Below the pieces are notes generated by a model, which saw only the letters and a list, made by a program, of their open reading frames with translations, was not told the DNA's origin and did no database searches. The translations under genes were made by a program, and so were the position numbers. DNA of 63,992 nucleotides, the filler included, from Welwitschia mirabilis (taxonomy: Eukaryota), in assembly GCA_051453625.1 (NCBI GenBank). It is 5 parts of one record of this genome, joined end to end, with 100 filler letters (N's around TTAATTAATTAA, not from the genome) between each part and the next. Parts side by side here need not be neighbours in the genome. Positions count along the whole stretch, not along the records: positions 10,593 to 26,424 come from JBOZIK010000001.1; positions 26,525 to 35,167 come from JBOZIK010000001.1; 3 more parts are not named here. The stretch is one strand, 5' to 3'. This document shows positions 13,237 through 26,635 of this stretch, in pieces (the first letter of the stretch is position 1; each line of letters opens with the position of its first letter).

Positions 13237-15594
13237 TATAGTAGACATATACAAATTTATCTAATCGTTGCATGGTTAGCTTCATTTGCTTCTTTGTGTT
13301 GATATGCTCAAAGGCACTCCAATTTTACTTACATCCTAAAGCACTGCAAGGTTGACTAAATACTTTCAATGCTAATTTGCTTAGCTCAGGAGCGGAAGTG
13401 ACCCATAGCTCCCACCATTGATCTACAAAATAGTGAAAAACAAAAATACGAAATTACAAATTATAAAAAGAAAAGTAAAAAACCAAGTAATCAAAAAACA
13501 TTAATAATAAGAGAGCATAAAAGAAAGATCCAACTTGCAGATATTGTGTTGATCTGTCTTGAGTAAGAGGCTTGTTAAATAAGACGACTCCTTTTTTCAC
13601 AAATTGGCCAAGTTGTTTGCATATAAGCTCTTGCTCATCCAAGTCAGGAACCAATTTCTCCAATGTATCATGGAAACCAAGGCTAATCTTTGTAACCGAT
13701 TCATATTCAACACCTTCTTTTGCATAGGCAAATCTTGGATTAAGATGATGTGTTGCTGCATGCAATGAGTTATGAAGCTGGTTGTTCCATCTTCGATTAA
13801 TAATATCCCAAAATGGTTGGTACTTCCCCTTGTCATTATTTTAAAATTTTGCAATTGCCTCCTTTGCTATGTCCATTGCCTCATATATTTTTTCCATTGG
13901 ACAATTATCCCCATCAACAATGTGAAGTACATGGACAAGGGGCTCAACAACCTACATAAAAAATATAGAAAAGTTGTCAAGTAAATCCAAATGACAAATA
14001 TAAATTATAAAGTGAAAGTCTGGAACTTTGATTCATATTTAAAATATAGTAATAGATTTTTAAATATAATAATACATATTTAAAATATAATAATACATGT
14101 TTAAATTTAGCATTATTATAAACTAGCTCACTAATTTCTCTACCATTAGGAGAAGTACGATATTGGAGAAAGTCGTCTCCATGTAGCTAGCTATTAGAGG
14201 CAAAAGCTTGCATAAGTTGTAAGTGTTTACTTTTCAAACTTTTAATGTGAGGAAGTGCGTGAAAAAACGAGTTGTTGTAGGCCTCACAAGATCTTTTCCT
14301 TAAGTGTACTTCCTCATGAGACTTAAGATGATACCATGGTTGTAAACAGATCTGCCAATTTGTTTAGCTCCATTTATGCCCTAGGGAAGAGTCAAAAACA
14401 AAAATAGAATCTCAAAAGTTAAAACTCAAATAAAAATAATATGCTTAATTTTTGACAAGTGCATAATACAAATAAAATATAGACATTCAAAATTCATATT
14501 TCATAATCCTTATATTATATACTCAATTTTTAACAAGTCCTCCAATAACAAATCAAGACAGTGAGCTACACAAGGTATCCAATAAATTGATGGATGCTTC
14601 TTTATCAAATCTTCTCCTACCTTATCATAATTAGAGGCATTATCTGTAATGAATTGCACAACATTCTTTTCCCCACCAAAGTTCACTGTCTCCTCAAATA
14701 GTTTAAGTAAATGATCTAATCTTTGGACATGATCAAAGGCATCCATAAATTTGATAAATATTGTTCCCTTCTTTGAGGCTACCCAAAAATTAATTAACGT
14801 CCTTCCTCTAGAGGTTGTCCATCTATCAGCCATAATGGAGCATCCCTATTTCTCTCATGTATTCTGTAGCATTCATTTAAGGCATTATAAATTCACTAAA
14901 ACATTATAAAGTTCACTAAAATACTAAATCAGTAAATCACTACATTGTCAAATAAAAAGTTACAAGTTACAACGAAAGCGCAAACTCATAATTATTCCTT
15001 AACCTATGCTCCTGAAGTAGTTTGTCAATGTCATTGGCACAGTCTTCAAGAATTGGCCCTTGTAATTGATTGTATGGTGGTGCTTTAAAACCTACACTTG
15101 CTATGATGAATGCATTGAACATTTTTTGGTACAGTGGGCTTCTGGTAGCATTGAAGGGAATTGCACAAGCATAGAACCAAGATGCAATCATTTCCTTTGC
15201 ACCTTCATGTACATCTTTGTTCCATGATCCCATTCTCTTAATGGTGGGCTGTGAACTAGGAATGGTGAATGATGAAATATATATGCCCCTTCAGCCACAT
15301 TAAAAAGAGGATTACTTGTGGATTGTGGAGTAGAGGAGCTACTTGATCCAACATTAGAAGACCCCTCAAGACATGATTGCACACCAACTCTTGCGGAAGA
15401 AACAAATTGGTGAAAAGATTGTTCAGTTCTTGCTTTTTTTGCTTCAACTCTGTGTTCCACTTTATGCTATCATGTTCAACATTTTTGTTTTACTTTTGTG
15501 GGTGCTTTTAGACATGCTGATATTCCCTTTGATTTTATTCCACCTAAGTGGAATTTCAATCAGGAAACTTCACCGTGGCACTCTTTGTTACAAA
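13237..15594 (-). pseudogene. Truncated hAT transposase (BED-like finger remnant, DUF659, dimerisation domain) with AT-rich introns
   Basis: ORFs 14967-15233 (WFYACAIPFNATRSPLYQKM), 14510-14833 (VVQFITDNASNY...WIPCVAHCLDLLLED), 13454-13765 (HAATHHLNPRF) and 13055-13285 (RLDKFVYVYY); stops and frameshifts. Confidence 0.9.
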
Positions 15595-16051
15595 CAATGA
15601 TTAAAATGTCGTGAGGGGCGACATGTAGCCCTTTTTTCAAATTGAAAATGTCTTTAAGTCGGCCCACATTTTCAGTCAACATTTTGAAAAAGTCGGCGAC
15701 ATTTTCGACACTTCTAACTTTTTGCCGACATTTTGCCGACTTTTTCAAAATGTCTCGCACAGGTACCGTTAAAACTATTTTTTGACCAAAAAAACCATTT
15801 TCTGCGCAATAGACCAATGAACAGCGAGTAAAATTGAGGGAAAAATCACAATTTTCTTACGCAAAATCCTTTTTTGCTAGTAGAGCATTGATTGATTGCA
15901 CATTTAATAACTTAATAAGCTTTGCATTTTTTTGAGAAAAATAATTGCCGACATTTTGCGTCGACATATTGCCGACACAATGGCGACATGTCTCCTCGAC
16001 ACGACTTTTTGAGTCTGCCAACATTTTAATTTGCCGACATTTTACTCATTA
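15595..16051 (+). repeat. hAT MITE copy 2 (~457 bp, both TIRs present)
   Basis: caatgattaaaatgtcg ... cgacattttactcatta. Confidence 0.9.
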
Positions 16052-18044
16052 TTAGGAATGACTCTTGGAAAATCACTATAGAAGTGATGGTGGTGGCTCA
16101 TGGAGAAATGGAGGCAGCTATATATATCCTGGATGTTGATGCTTGTACTGAAAATGCTTATGCTGGCAAGGAGGATTTAGCTGCTATTCGACATAGGTAA
16201 CTTGGGCATTTGCGCAATAATGGATTGTGGGTACCTATCTTAAGAGGTCTTATTCCCTTGTCTTCTATTTTTCCATATCTCTATTTTGATTGTTGTTGGA
16301 AAGTCCAAGAAAGTTAACTTTAGACATTATGGTATTCGTTTGAAAAATTGAAGGCTCTAGCTTGTACATGACTTAGTGCAAAAGCTTCATTTTGTGGCGG
16401 GCTGGGGGGGGTTGCTTAATATCTTGTTACTTCCATAAATGATTATTCTAGGAAAATTTGATTGTACCCTTTGAAATCTAAGGCTTATACTCTTATCATT
16501 TTTAAGGCTCTCAAAGCTAGGGTTGAAAAAGGCTTATACTCTTATCATTTTTAAGGCTTTCAAAGCTAGGTTTGAAAACGAGCCTGGCTTATATGTCTTG
16601 TGAGTTTGGAGAGTTTTGTAAGGAGTTAGGCATCATTCATTATAAGATAGTGCGTGAAACGAAACATCAAAATGTAGTGGTTGAAAGGCAAAACATAACT
16701 ATTTTGGAAAGGGTACAAACATTGTTAACACAATGATGCTTACTCAAACACTATTAGGCCTAGCTTCCCTCCATTGTTGTTCACTTGTTGAACAGGTCTA
16801 CACATGGTGGTTTGGAAGGTGGAATTTTGAAATGTCATTGGTGTTGTAGCTCTATTTCTTGTGTACACCTTGGAACTTGGATGTGAGGGTTATGCTTACA
16901 TGGAGAATGCTTCCAGATTGGAAGAACGTGCAAGAAAGTGTGTTTTTTATGGATATGATAGGGATGACCACTATGGGATCCTATGAAGCATAAAGTGATC
17001 ACATCATGAGTTGTAGTCTTCAATTAGAATGTCATGTTCTACAAACAATAGGAAAGGACTCAAACGAGGCAGATTCTAATCTTGACACTTGCATAAGTTT
17101 GTGAAAATCCCAAGTCTTGAAGAGGAGAAAGAGCAATCTTTAGAAGAATAAGCAAAGGAAGAGGGGAATGATGAGAATGTGCCTCCTGAAACTAAAACTG
17201 AACAAGATAAAGATGAGGAAGCTGTGTAAACCCCTCATGGGATTAGGTGCTTTACAAGCTAGACTAGGCCTGCATCTAGAGAATTACCTTCTTTGCATTA
17301 TATTCTATATATTGATGCAGAAGAACTGAGTCTTTATAATGAAGTTGTTATTTGTATAGATGCAGAAAGATGGATGCATGCCATGAATGAAGAGATGTAG
17401 TCTTTGCTATAGATATACAAATTAAAGGAGGAAGCAAATACAGAGAAGAGTTACAAAGCCTGCATGGTAGTCACTAGTTTTGGTCAGAAGAAAATGAGAT
17501 AATCTCTTGTTGTTAAGCAGAGTTCCATTCAAGTTATTTTGGCATTTGTTTCTTGGATGGATCTTGAGTTAGAGGAATTAGATATTTAAATTGCCTTTTT
17601 ACATGGTGAATCAAATGAAGAGATTTATGTGTTGTAGCATGATGGTTTTAGAAGTAATGAAAACTTTGTATGTAGACTGAAGAGGAGTCTTTATGGTTTG
17701 AAATAGGCTTACAGATAGTGGTATAAAAGGTTTGACATGCTTATGGTATAGGATAAGTTCCAGAGATTTCAAGCTCATCGTTGTGTCTATTTGCATAGAA
17801 TTCTTGTAGGATCAATCATTACTTTGTTGCTCTATGTTGATGATATTAATTATAGAAAGTGATCTGTGTAAGATTAACAGGTTGAAATGGCAAGGGCATT
17901 TGTCAAAAAAGATCTTGAGAAGGCTAAGAAAATTCTTGGAATGAGGATTAAATATATGGCTTTGTAGAAGTTAGCAAAGGAGATGATGTGATTGAGACAC
18001 TAATGGAACTATTGTGCACTTCATTAAGCATGGGTTCCAAATCA

Positions 18045-18999
18045 TTCTGTAATCCAAGTGTTGTAACTAGAGAAGACGAAGAGTTAGAAAGGAGGAGGAA
18101 ACTTGGGAGAGAACAAATGCAAATTGCTGTTTCAAAAATTAAAATACTAGGATATGAAAACAACAATGCATCTAACTAACTAATGCAAGTCACTTAAGTA
18201 TTCTAATTGGTTATCACCCAATTAGTCTCAAATTATTAATCATGTGTACATAAGAATTTAAGTTACATGAATCTACGATGTAAGATGATGCACAATTTGA
18301 GAAATAGAAAATGAAATATTGTTAAGTAAATGTATGGAATAAGTACATGACTTACATTAAGGACTTGGATACAAGAGTTTTGCCTCAATTGACCAGATGA
18401 GGCAAGGGACTTGGTTCCAAGGCTCTCCCAATGGTCTTCTCCACACTTGCCCCTTCTATCATGTTATCTAAGCGATTAGGAAGATTACTTTGCAAAGACA
18501 AGCCTCTTGCTTAAATAGCAAAGGATTCTAGGGAAGTTTAGAAGAGAAGTTAATCAAGTGGTTATGTAACTATGTCATCGCTATTTCCGTCACCAAGCAA
18601 CAAGAAGTGATGACATGTTCAATGACTTACAGGTAAAAGGCGTGGTTAGATTGTGTCACTGGGAGACAACAAGTGGGGATTATCTCAGGAAAATGTAGGG
18701 CCACTACTTCTTCACTGGGCAATAAGAAGTGGAGACAATTATGGAGAAAGATGTTGCTAGGTGATGGCATGTGGTGACAAGTTCCATCTGAGACAGATGA
18801 AGACGTCACTAGTAAGTGTAGCTAAGCGATTCCAAGTGGCGATGATTTTGAATTTGCCCACTCACTTGATCTTCATTACATTGGTTGTGTTCACTTGATG
18901 CTTCCTTTAGTGTGCTTTCTCTAGACTTGTAACCTTATAAACACCCTCAAAATTTCGACTATTAGTGCCTTTGAAAGGTATCATTTTGCATCTATTAGA
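18045..18999 (-). mobile_element. LTR of family C (solo-like) inserted in copia B
   Basis: Reverse complement aligns by eye along its length with 33994-34890; same orientation as 28385-29350. Confidence 0.7.
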
Positions 19000-19613
19000 T
19001 GCATCCTCGAATGGCAATAGAGGGAGCAAAGCATGATCCTTGCATATTTGGCATTGGAATGTATCCTACATGACCTTCGAAAGGAGTGTTTTTTTCCGAG
19101 CTAAGCTCATTTTGAAGATTGGAAATTTGTTGTCAAGTGGGAGATGGTTATATTGTGAAGCCAAATTTATTCCCTTTTCAATCTCATGTTTTATTTTCAA
19201 CCCATCAGGTAAAAAAATACAAATTGTAAAAGGTGATCTTTTTAACCAAGTCACTCGGGGGTTGAGCATACCTGTTTAAAGGTTATGCTAAGGTTAACTG
19301 AAACTTATAATTCAACGGAATAGGCCTAGACTATGCTAGAAGGTTCGGTCTTACTTCTATTTAATCCCTCTGTAAAGTTGTGTTGCAGCATCAAGTTTTC
19401 CCAACATTTGGCTTGAGGATCGATTCTCGCGAGAGAGGTTGAGAGGTAAGGCTTGAAACATATTTTTGGGTTGGTTTGTGAGCTTGTTTTTTCTAATAGG
19501 ATCTTTACGCTACTTCCTATCGCCGTTTTCCTTGGCATTTGAGAGTTTTACCATGTAAATCTCTTTGTGTATTTTCTATTTGCATTTTTTCTTTTTGCTG
19601 TCATTTCTTAATA

Positions 19614-19900
19614 AGAACAAACAAGAACACAACACAATTTGAATGTGGTTTAGCCTTTTTATAACCTACATTCAGGAATCAAACTCTTCTTATATAAGCG
19701 AAATAGTTGAAATCCAAAGCAATACAAGAACATGCCAATTTTTGGCTACCATACCAATCATCAAAACCTCACAATCATTTCTTTCAAGATTCCACTCAGG
19801 TGACGTTTTTAGCTTTTCACAACTATTCTGAATCATGGGTTTTCTTGCCTTTTTATGCTTGCATGGTTTACACCCCAAATTAGGGTTTAAATAGGGTTCC
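19614..19900 (-). repeat. LTR fragment homologous to 23470-23720
   Basis: Shared block aaaa(c/t)ctcacaatca...aagattccactca...cacaactatt(c/t)tgaat. Confidence 0.6.
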
Positions 19901-20299
19901 TTTTATATATCATTTTCTTTCTACTCTATTTTGAATATTTTGTTGCTTGCCTTTTTCTCTCAATCACTCCACTAACAAACGATTCTACCAAATCCTAAAC
20001 TATTACTACTTATTGTCGCCTAACGACATAAGTCGCGATGAAATTATTGGCAATTTCAATGCTAGATTAATCACCTTGCGACACATATGACAATTTCAAA
20101 TCACAACACTATTGTGGCTTACAGTTGCTTGGTGATGGAAGTCGCGACTGTTGCCAATTAGCAATGAATGTCATGACATTTTGTTGCCTAGCAACCATCT
20201 CATGACTAAGTAGCCACTATGAACCTTTTCCTAGTGATGATGTAGCACCAATGTTGTGAATTCTTTAAAAATACACTTCTTGCTCTCATTCAAATCATC

Positions 20300-22400
20300 C
20301 TCGATCATAGTTCACTGTTCCTATCGACTCTACTATGCGTCTTAGCATTCCACATTAGCAGATTTACTCAGTTGGCATAACATGATTAAGATCTATCACC
20401 TTCCTCCTAAAGTTTTTACATTTATGGCATCTTTATCTTCTTTACCAAATGAGGACATTTTGGGTTTTCCCCCTGTGGGGGAAGGGATGAGAATAAATTG
20501 TTTAATGACTTGCAATTTCTCAAACTCATATTTTCTTATCTTTTCATTTCTTTTGAGATTATGAAGAGCCTTGTTTTTGGTTTTTGTTGTGGTGGCTTCT
20601 TTGGACAAGGAGTTTCAGACATAGAAGTGCTTTTGATTCTTCTTCAAGAGCCATGGCTAGTCCACCTCCATATTATGTTCCTGAAGCAGTGTAGACGAGA
20701 TTTCAAAATATAGATAGAGGTAGCGGCAAAAGTCTTTTAAAGATGTTTTGAATAAAATTGGGAAAACAATGGTAGATAAGATTAATGTTGTTGGTTGGAA
20801 ATGGATTATTAATGTTAGAGGGAAAGTTTTTGATAAAAAGATTAGGGATTTTTACTTGAATTTGGAGAAAACTATGGAAAATGATAATGGTTTTCTTGTC
20901 TCTACTATGTATGATGTTAGAATAAAAATTTGAGTACATACTCTTGCTCGTAAGTCAGGCACGTCTAGGAGGATTGGAAAATTTTTGCTCATCTTAGGAA
21001 CTTTGTGGAGGGGAAAAAGGTCATACAAACTTTGGTACCTTCTTATTAGGCTGGATTTTATGCTAAGGGTGTGAAACCCCATATATTCATAGATGGGATA
21101 GGTAGTTGCTAAGGCCACAACAACTAACATCATTCCATCTTCCTATGTAAGCCATCTGATGATACAAGCACTGATGCTTATGGTTGCCATTGAGTGAAGG
21201 AAAGATTACAATCTTCTTGCCTTCATTTGGACTAGGATTGCTGAGTCTACTAAGGACCAAAGGCCAATATTTTTGCCATATCCTTGCCTAATTAACAAAT
21301 CTATTTGTAGGTTCATACGTACTACTAAGAAAGAAGACTTCATTGACTAAAGGTTGGTTAGTCCTAAGTTGCCTTTGGGTTTCAAATATCCAACATCTTC
21401 TACTACTATTGCCTCCACATTTGTTGCTTTTGTCTAGGCCTCTTTTGTTGCAGAGCCATTTGGTATTTCTGTGGATGAATTTCACATCTTGTTATTGCGA
21501 ATGAATCATATTGAATAAGAGGGGCAGGGCATGTGAGGTTCATTTGAGAGGAAATGGGATGGTATGGAATATACAACTTTAGAAATTGAGAGTGAAGTCA
21601 AAAGGGAGGTGACCTTATGGATAACGTCCGTGAGGTTTTGGCAGAGTCAGGCCTTCCCTTAACTAAGTAGTACAGGGTCCAATTGGATTTCACTATGGGC
21701 AGAGTTAATGAGACTCTTGCCAAAGTTTTGGTGAAATTAGAGCACCTCTCTTTTGGGGTTGATGACATTGATAAAGGCAAGGTTGAAGAACCCCCCATTA
21801 GCGGTGAAGAAGAAGAATTTGCCTTCTTGTTTGTCTCTTTTAAGAATGCTCCCACTTTTGTTGTTCTCACTTCTAGGTAAGAATGCATCTACTGATGATG
21901 ATTGTTGTTTATTTTAGTTGTAACCTAGCACTTAATCAAATATCATCTTTGTGGGTGATTTTTGAAATGTTTAATGTCTCATTTCAATTGTATCTTTTAT
22001 GATCAATATTAAGTGCATCCAAAAAATTTAAGCTATTATACAAAATTTTGTTTTGAGACTAGTAAGCCTCGTTCTTAATCAATCAGCCTTCTTTGCTAAG
22101 GATTTACAAAGGCTTGGTAGGGGGCTACTATAGATCACTAGATGAGGTGGGTAAATGCACTAACAAGTCACAATTAAGTGTGATAAACAGGGATCTAGAT
22201 GATAGAAGATACGATCTAATAGTAAGTATTGCTACTTGGAGTCACCACTTCATTATCCAACGACGCATTCAAATTGGCGTCTAATAGTAAGTGTNNNNNN
22301 NNNNGTGTCACTACTTGGAGTCACAACTTAATTGCCTAGCTTGCCTTTGGGTTGTGGTTTACCCGAAAGGGTTGTCACATGCTATCGTCTAGCTATGCAA
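20300..22400 (+). mobile_element. Family C internal region: decayed plant-transposon-protein/env-like ORF, 3' UTR, PPT and start of LTR
   Basis: Fragment KINVVGWKWII...IRDFYLNL...LVSTMYDVRIKI (20748-20933) is homologous to ~32720-32910. The 3' UTR ~22065-22125 matches 33935-33993. PPT-like ggtagggggc precedes the LTR start at ~22126. Confidence 0.65.
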
Positions 22401-23720
22401 GTGGCAGTGGTATTGTTTAGGTAGTTTTAAAACCAATTTTTCTTGTAACTCCTTTAAACCAAAAGAAAAGTTATTTTTGCAAGAGGCTGCTTTAGGTGTG
22501 AGGGGGATCATTGTTGTTCCCACTTTCTAAAAGCCTTTGCTAGAGAAATTCCTTTCCTTACCATGTCTCTGCTAAAAATTTGTTCCTTGACTTCATTCAT
22601 ATTGTGATCTTTTTCTAGATATTTTCTCATTTGTTGGTAATGCCATAGAATATGCATCATCTAGGGTTAAGGATTTAACATTAACATTTCATTTTGAATT
22701 GCTGATCACAAATACTAGACAAGATTTTCAATATCTTCCTCCTTTCTCTCAAAACACTTGCTCTAACATTATATTGTAAAATTTATTCATGTAATCCTTC
22801 TTCTTGTTTTAAACTCTGCAACATTTAAATAGCATTCAGTTTGTATGAAGGGTACAAACTTCTCAATCAGCTTCTCTTCAACATATTCCATCAGGATATG
22901 GGATGAAACCCTTAACACAACTCTAAACAATTGCTATGCCTCCCAATTGGGAATTGGGAATGTCAATTTTCTGATTTTCAGATTTTTCTTGGTTTAGAAA
23001 TATTTCTTTGATAATCTTAGAATTGCTCTAGATTGAAACCTCTTTTGTAAATTGGAAATTCGAATTTTAATTGTCTTAAAGCTTCTTGCATGTCTTGGAA
23101 CAATGCATGTTTGTCTGGGTCTTTGCTATTAGTCATTGGATTACTTCAACCTTTTCCTTGTCTTGTTTCAAAAACCCTATTTTCGTAAGTTTGCTCTTCT
23201 TCATCTTCCTCAATCAATTTATCTAGTATCAAATTTCTTTGCTTAGGACTTTGTTAAACTCTTCTATTTTCTCAACCTCTTAGTCAAGTTTGTCCTCATC
23301 GTTCTTGTTGGTGTCATAGTTATTTCTCAATGTTGCAAAACTACACCTCTGATACCATTCACATAGAGGTCAACAACAAAATGTGTAAATATGATTTTGT
23401 TCACAAAACGACATGCAAAAGAGAAACTAAGCAGAAAGAAAAGTACGACAAACAAGAGTAGACCATAGTCTTAGTGTGGTTCGACCATGTTTTAGTTTGC
23501 TTCCACAAATCAGATTTTTGTTGTATTAGTGGAGTGTTACTATCAAAAGCAATTCTACAACATGTCAATCTTTGGTTACAATATTAAACATTAAAATCTC
23601 ACAATCAATCCTTTAAAGATTCCACTCAATTACCGAGTTTTTGCTCTTCACAACTATTTTGAATTATGAGTCTTCTTACCTTTTTTTGCCATTAGAGTTA
23701 ACATTTTTTAAACCCTATTT
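22400..23720 (-). mobile_element. Ty3/gypsy-like 5' remnant: degenerate gag, PBS (23347-23357) and partial 5' LTR
   Basis: ctctgatacca is the complement of TGGTATCAGAG; minus strand ~22740-22980 reads as a decayed retrotransposon gag (EKLIEKFVP..., LKQEEG). Confidence 0.6.
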
Positions 23721-23736
23721 TGAATAGTTCCTTGCC

Positions 23737-24680
23737 GACCTGTTTGGCTTAATCATGCCCACTAATAAATGCGAAAAATACACAAAACATTGCTAGATTT
23801 ACTGACAATCATACTCCATCATGATCATGTTAAATATCGCCACCATACTTTTAAAGTGTGGATTGAGGTTTGGAATCATGTGTTACATTTGGAACATTTG
23901 GATCGTAAGGATTGCCAGAATCACCAGTGGGCAACACGTGGAATCGGGAGGTTCAAAAAACATGAGAATGGCAGAAAATTTTTAGTTTTATGAACAAACA
24001 TCTACATTCAATAGATTATAAAGCCAAACAATAACTTAAAATCGTTGACATAAACTAAACACACAAGGATCTAGAATCAGACAAATATTTTTTATCATTT
24101 ATTGGATAACTTACTTTTTGTCATTTTCAAAAACAATTGTGTCCATATTTGATGGGAATTATTTTTGTGCAAAATGTGATATCCATCAAAGGAGAAAAGA
24201 AATGAAAAAGAACAAAATGATAGAGAAAATAAGAGAGGAAAGGAATAAAAAAAGAAACAAAATAATTCTGAAAAGAAAGAATCAAAAGACAAAATAGTGG
24301 TATATCTTCTATGTCATGGAAATAACGAAACAAATTCACTTTTAATTGATAGATTCGATTTAAAATCCAAAATATTGATGTTTGTAGGCCTTTTGCATTT
24401 CTAAAATGAACTTAGAATTGTAAGAATGTGTTAAAACTGAGTTGGAATGCAGTTTCGCGTGAGAGTGTTTTAATATTGCTATGTAATTCTAGAAAAGGTG
24501 GAATGGCGGGGATCATCAGAATCACAATTCTGCTGTAATTTGGGATTTTGGCCTTTGGAATTGTGATTCCAGTGGATGTGAGGCAAGTCATTTTTGTTTG
24601 GATTGCAGTTCCGAAACTACAAAAATTGCAATTCCAAAGTGATTATCATTTGTATGATCTCCCCTATCATTCCAAACACA
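23737..24680. mobile_element. Tourist/PIF-Harbinger-like MITE
   Basis: Ends gacctgtttgg ... ccaaacaca; repeated tggaat/attcc subterminal motifs; AT-rich core; TSD not clear. Confidence 0.5.
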
Positions 24681-25004
24681 TCTTCCAAGGAAAAATTGTT
24701 GTCCATTGAGAGGATGTGCCCATCCATCACTTAATTTTAGAAGGATTGGATCTCAACAAGGCTTAAATGCACTATTTTTGTGTCAAAATATCTTTCATTA
24801 TGATGGTTGAAATATTTCAGCATTTGTCTAGCAAATCTGCCAGTTATTTTCAATCCATTTTTCGCATATTTGAAATGAATTTGCTTTGCTTTATTCTACT
24901 TAGATATAACATGAAGTTTCATTTCACTTGATTCTCTTGCTCTACTTGTTCTTAGATTTCCTGCTATCTGCTTTAGTCATATCATATAATTCTAACTTGG
25001 GTTC

Positions 25005-25439
25005 TGATAGTAAGAAAACAATGAGAGAGGAATGATAAAACAAAGCAACAACAAACAAAACACACACTAATTAATGTGGTTCAGGTCCTTGCTACCCCAA
25101 GTCTATGGAATAGTACATTAAATGGAAGATGTAAGCCATCTTTAATAGTTTCAATGGGGCACACAATCACTCAAAACTCGTGGATTTGGTAACATTCACT
25201 CCTACACAAACCTTGCCTCCATACAGACCTCCCTTTTATAAGCTTTCAGTAGGGCCAAAAGCCCTATCACTAGGGGTAAAACCTTAAAAAGCATGTTGAC
25301 TACATTTTAATTAAATAACCCCCATACAAGTTGGCATCATAACATTTGAGAAGACTTTAAACTTTTTCTTTTATAGACAATGTTTTACAACGTAAAAAGG
25401 AAAAATATCCTACATGAAAGATTTGACTTCATTCTAACA
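25005..25439 (-). mobile_element. Copia-type LTR related to family A
   Basis: Ends aagatttgacttcattctaaca (cf. gaggatttgacttcaactccaaca at 8339) and is followed by a pyrimidine tract (PPT complement). Confidence 0.55.
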
Positions 25440-25869
25440 ATTTTGCCCTTTGGCTCTAAAGTCTTTTTTGTTAAATGATTCATCTGGAGCTCACTGTTTC
25501 CATTAAATTTTTCCTATCATGAAAATTTCATTCTATCTTTAAAAAATGACAACACAAAGCAATCCCTACACATTTGCTCTCAACAGTCTTTCTATGATCC
25601 TTGTGAGGTTATGTTTTGTCAGATATTAATCAAAATTGCTTTAATACCTTTTTGGTATACCATATTTTATATTTTAAAAAGACTGGTGCCATGTTATAAA
25701 TGTATATCTCATAAAAGCTCATTGAGGGGGTTTTTACAATATGCGAACTTTATGTAACCTTACTGAACTTTTACGGTTTTGGTTTGGTTTGAGAATACAC
25801 ATAAGTGTTTATGGTGTCAATATCTGTTTGTATTTTGGCCATGAAGGTGGCTTTTACCTAATACACTTA

Positions 25870-26424
25870 TTCATTATTTAAAATTAAGTTATGCATTGCT
25901 CCCCAAGAACATCGGCTTAACCATGGGTGAAACTGATTAACTCTTTGCATGTTCTTTGAGTTGTTTTAGGCCTTGCTTCTATCATCATCTTAACAAGTGG
26001 TATCAGAACCTTAGTTAGGCATATCAACATAGCTGATTGTTGATCGTCTGATTGGCCTTGATAGCTAAGGCATATGGGAGTTCTTGATGGACGTTTTGTT
26101 GTAGGTTTGCTACCTTGACTGATAGGATAGAGTGACAACACAGGGATCCGTGATAGATGACTGCTCAGCCTTGATTATCCTTTTTCTTAGGAACAATATT
26201 CTTTAGTTTCGTGCCAGAGAAAAGACAACACAGGAGCTGTGAGAGAAACAAATAGAGATTTGAAGGATAGACCCTGGAGAGGAGGGGTAATAGGCTGACA
26301 ATGGACAATGAGAAAATAAACTAGGCTCTAAGTAAACTGATCAAACTTAGAAGCAAAAGAACAATTTTAATTACTTTATCACAAGGAAAACTTCATTGGT
26401 TGTTGAAATAGAAATTTGAAGCAT
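25870..26424 (+). mobile_element. 5' end of a copia element: LTR end, PBS 25998-26010, start of gag
   Basis: ...cttaaca ag TGGTATCAGAACC; runs into a gap. Confidence 0.65.
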
Positions 26425-26524
26425 NNNNNNNNNNNNNNNNNNNNNNNNNNNNNNNNNNNNNNNNNNNNTTAATTAATTAANNNNNNNNNNNNNNNNNNNN
26501 NNNNNNNNNNNNNNNNNNNNNNNN

Positions 26525-26635
26525 TCGTTTAGTGCTCAATATTTGTGCTGTCAGATTTATATTTCTTTAAAATTTTCAGAATATTTTGTTTACCCTATTC
26601 ACCACCCCTCTAGGGTGCCTATTAAGATCCTAACA
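26525..26635 (+). mobile_element. 3' end of a SIRE-type LTR
   Basis: ccctattcaccacccctctaggg...gatcctaaca is the reverse complement of the LTR termini at 38953, 51560 and 62575. Confidence 0.75.

Larger units (their letters stand above)
12768..16051 (-). mobile_element. hAT unit: MITE copy + truncated transposase + MITE copy, bounded by perfect 8-bp TSD ttaggaat
   Basis: TSD at 12760-12767 and 16052-16059; outer TIRs caatgactaaaatgtcg / cgacattttactcatta; transposase exons between. Confidence 0.85.
10592..19613 (+). mobile_element. Degenerate Ty1/copia element (family B, Tnt1/Tork-like) hosting three nested insertions; 3' LTR at ~19149-19613
   Basis: gag remnants 10592-11440; protease ~11480-11580, resuming 12602-12767 (TLMNVRHVPIVAKKLI) and at 16060 (DSWKIT); integrase ~16190-17040; RT ~17300-17950 (LLLYVDDI at ~17824); PPT caagtgggagat at ~19134 followed by the LTR. 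Homologous to the minus-strand copy at 52732-54990. Confidence 0.85.

Noticed and set aside
15560..15817. 85-aa ORF and similar short ORFs over the MITE copies
   Set aside because: Chance frames across subterminal repeats.
22215..22330. Short duplicated block around a 9-N gap
   Set aside because: Lies in the repetitive part of a family C LTR next to a gap; cannot be separated from assembly noise.
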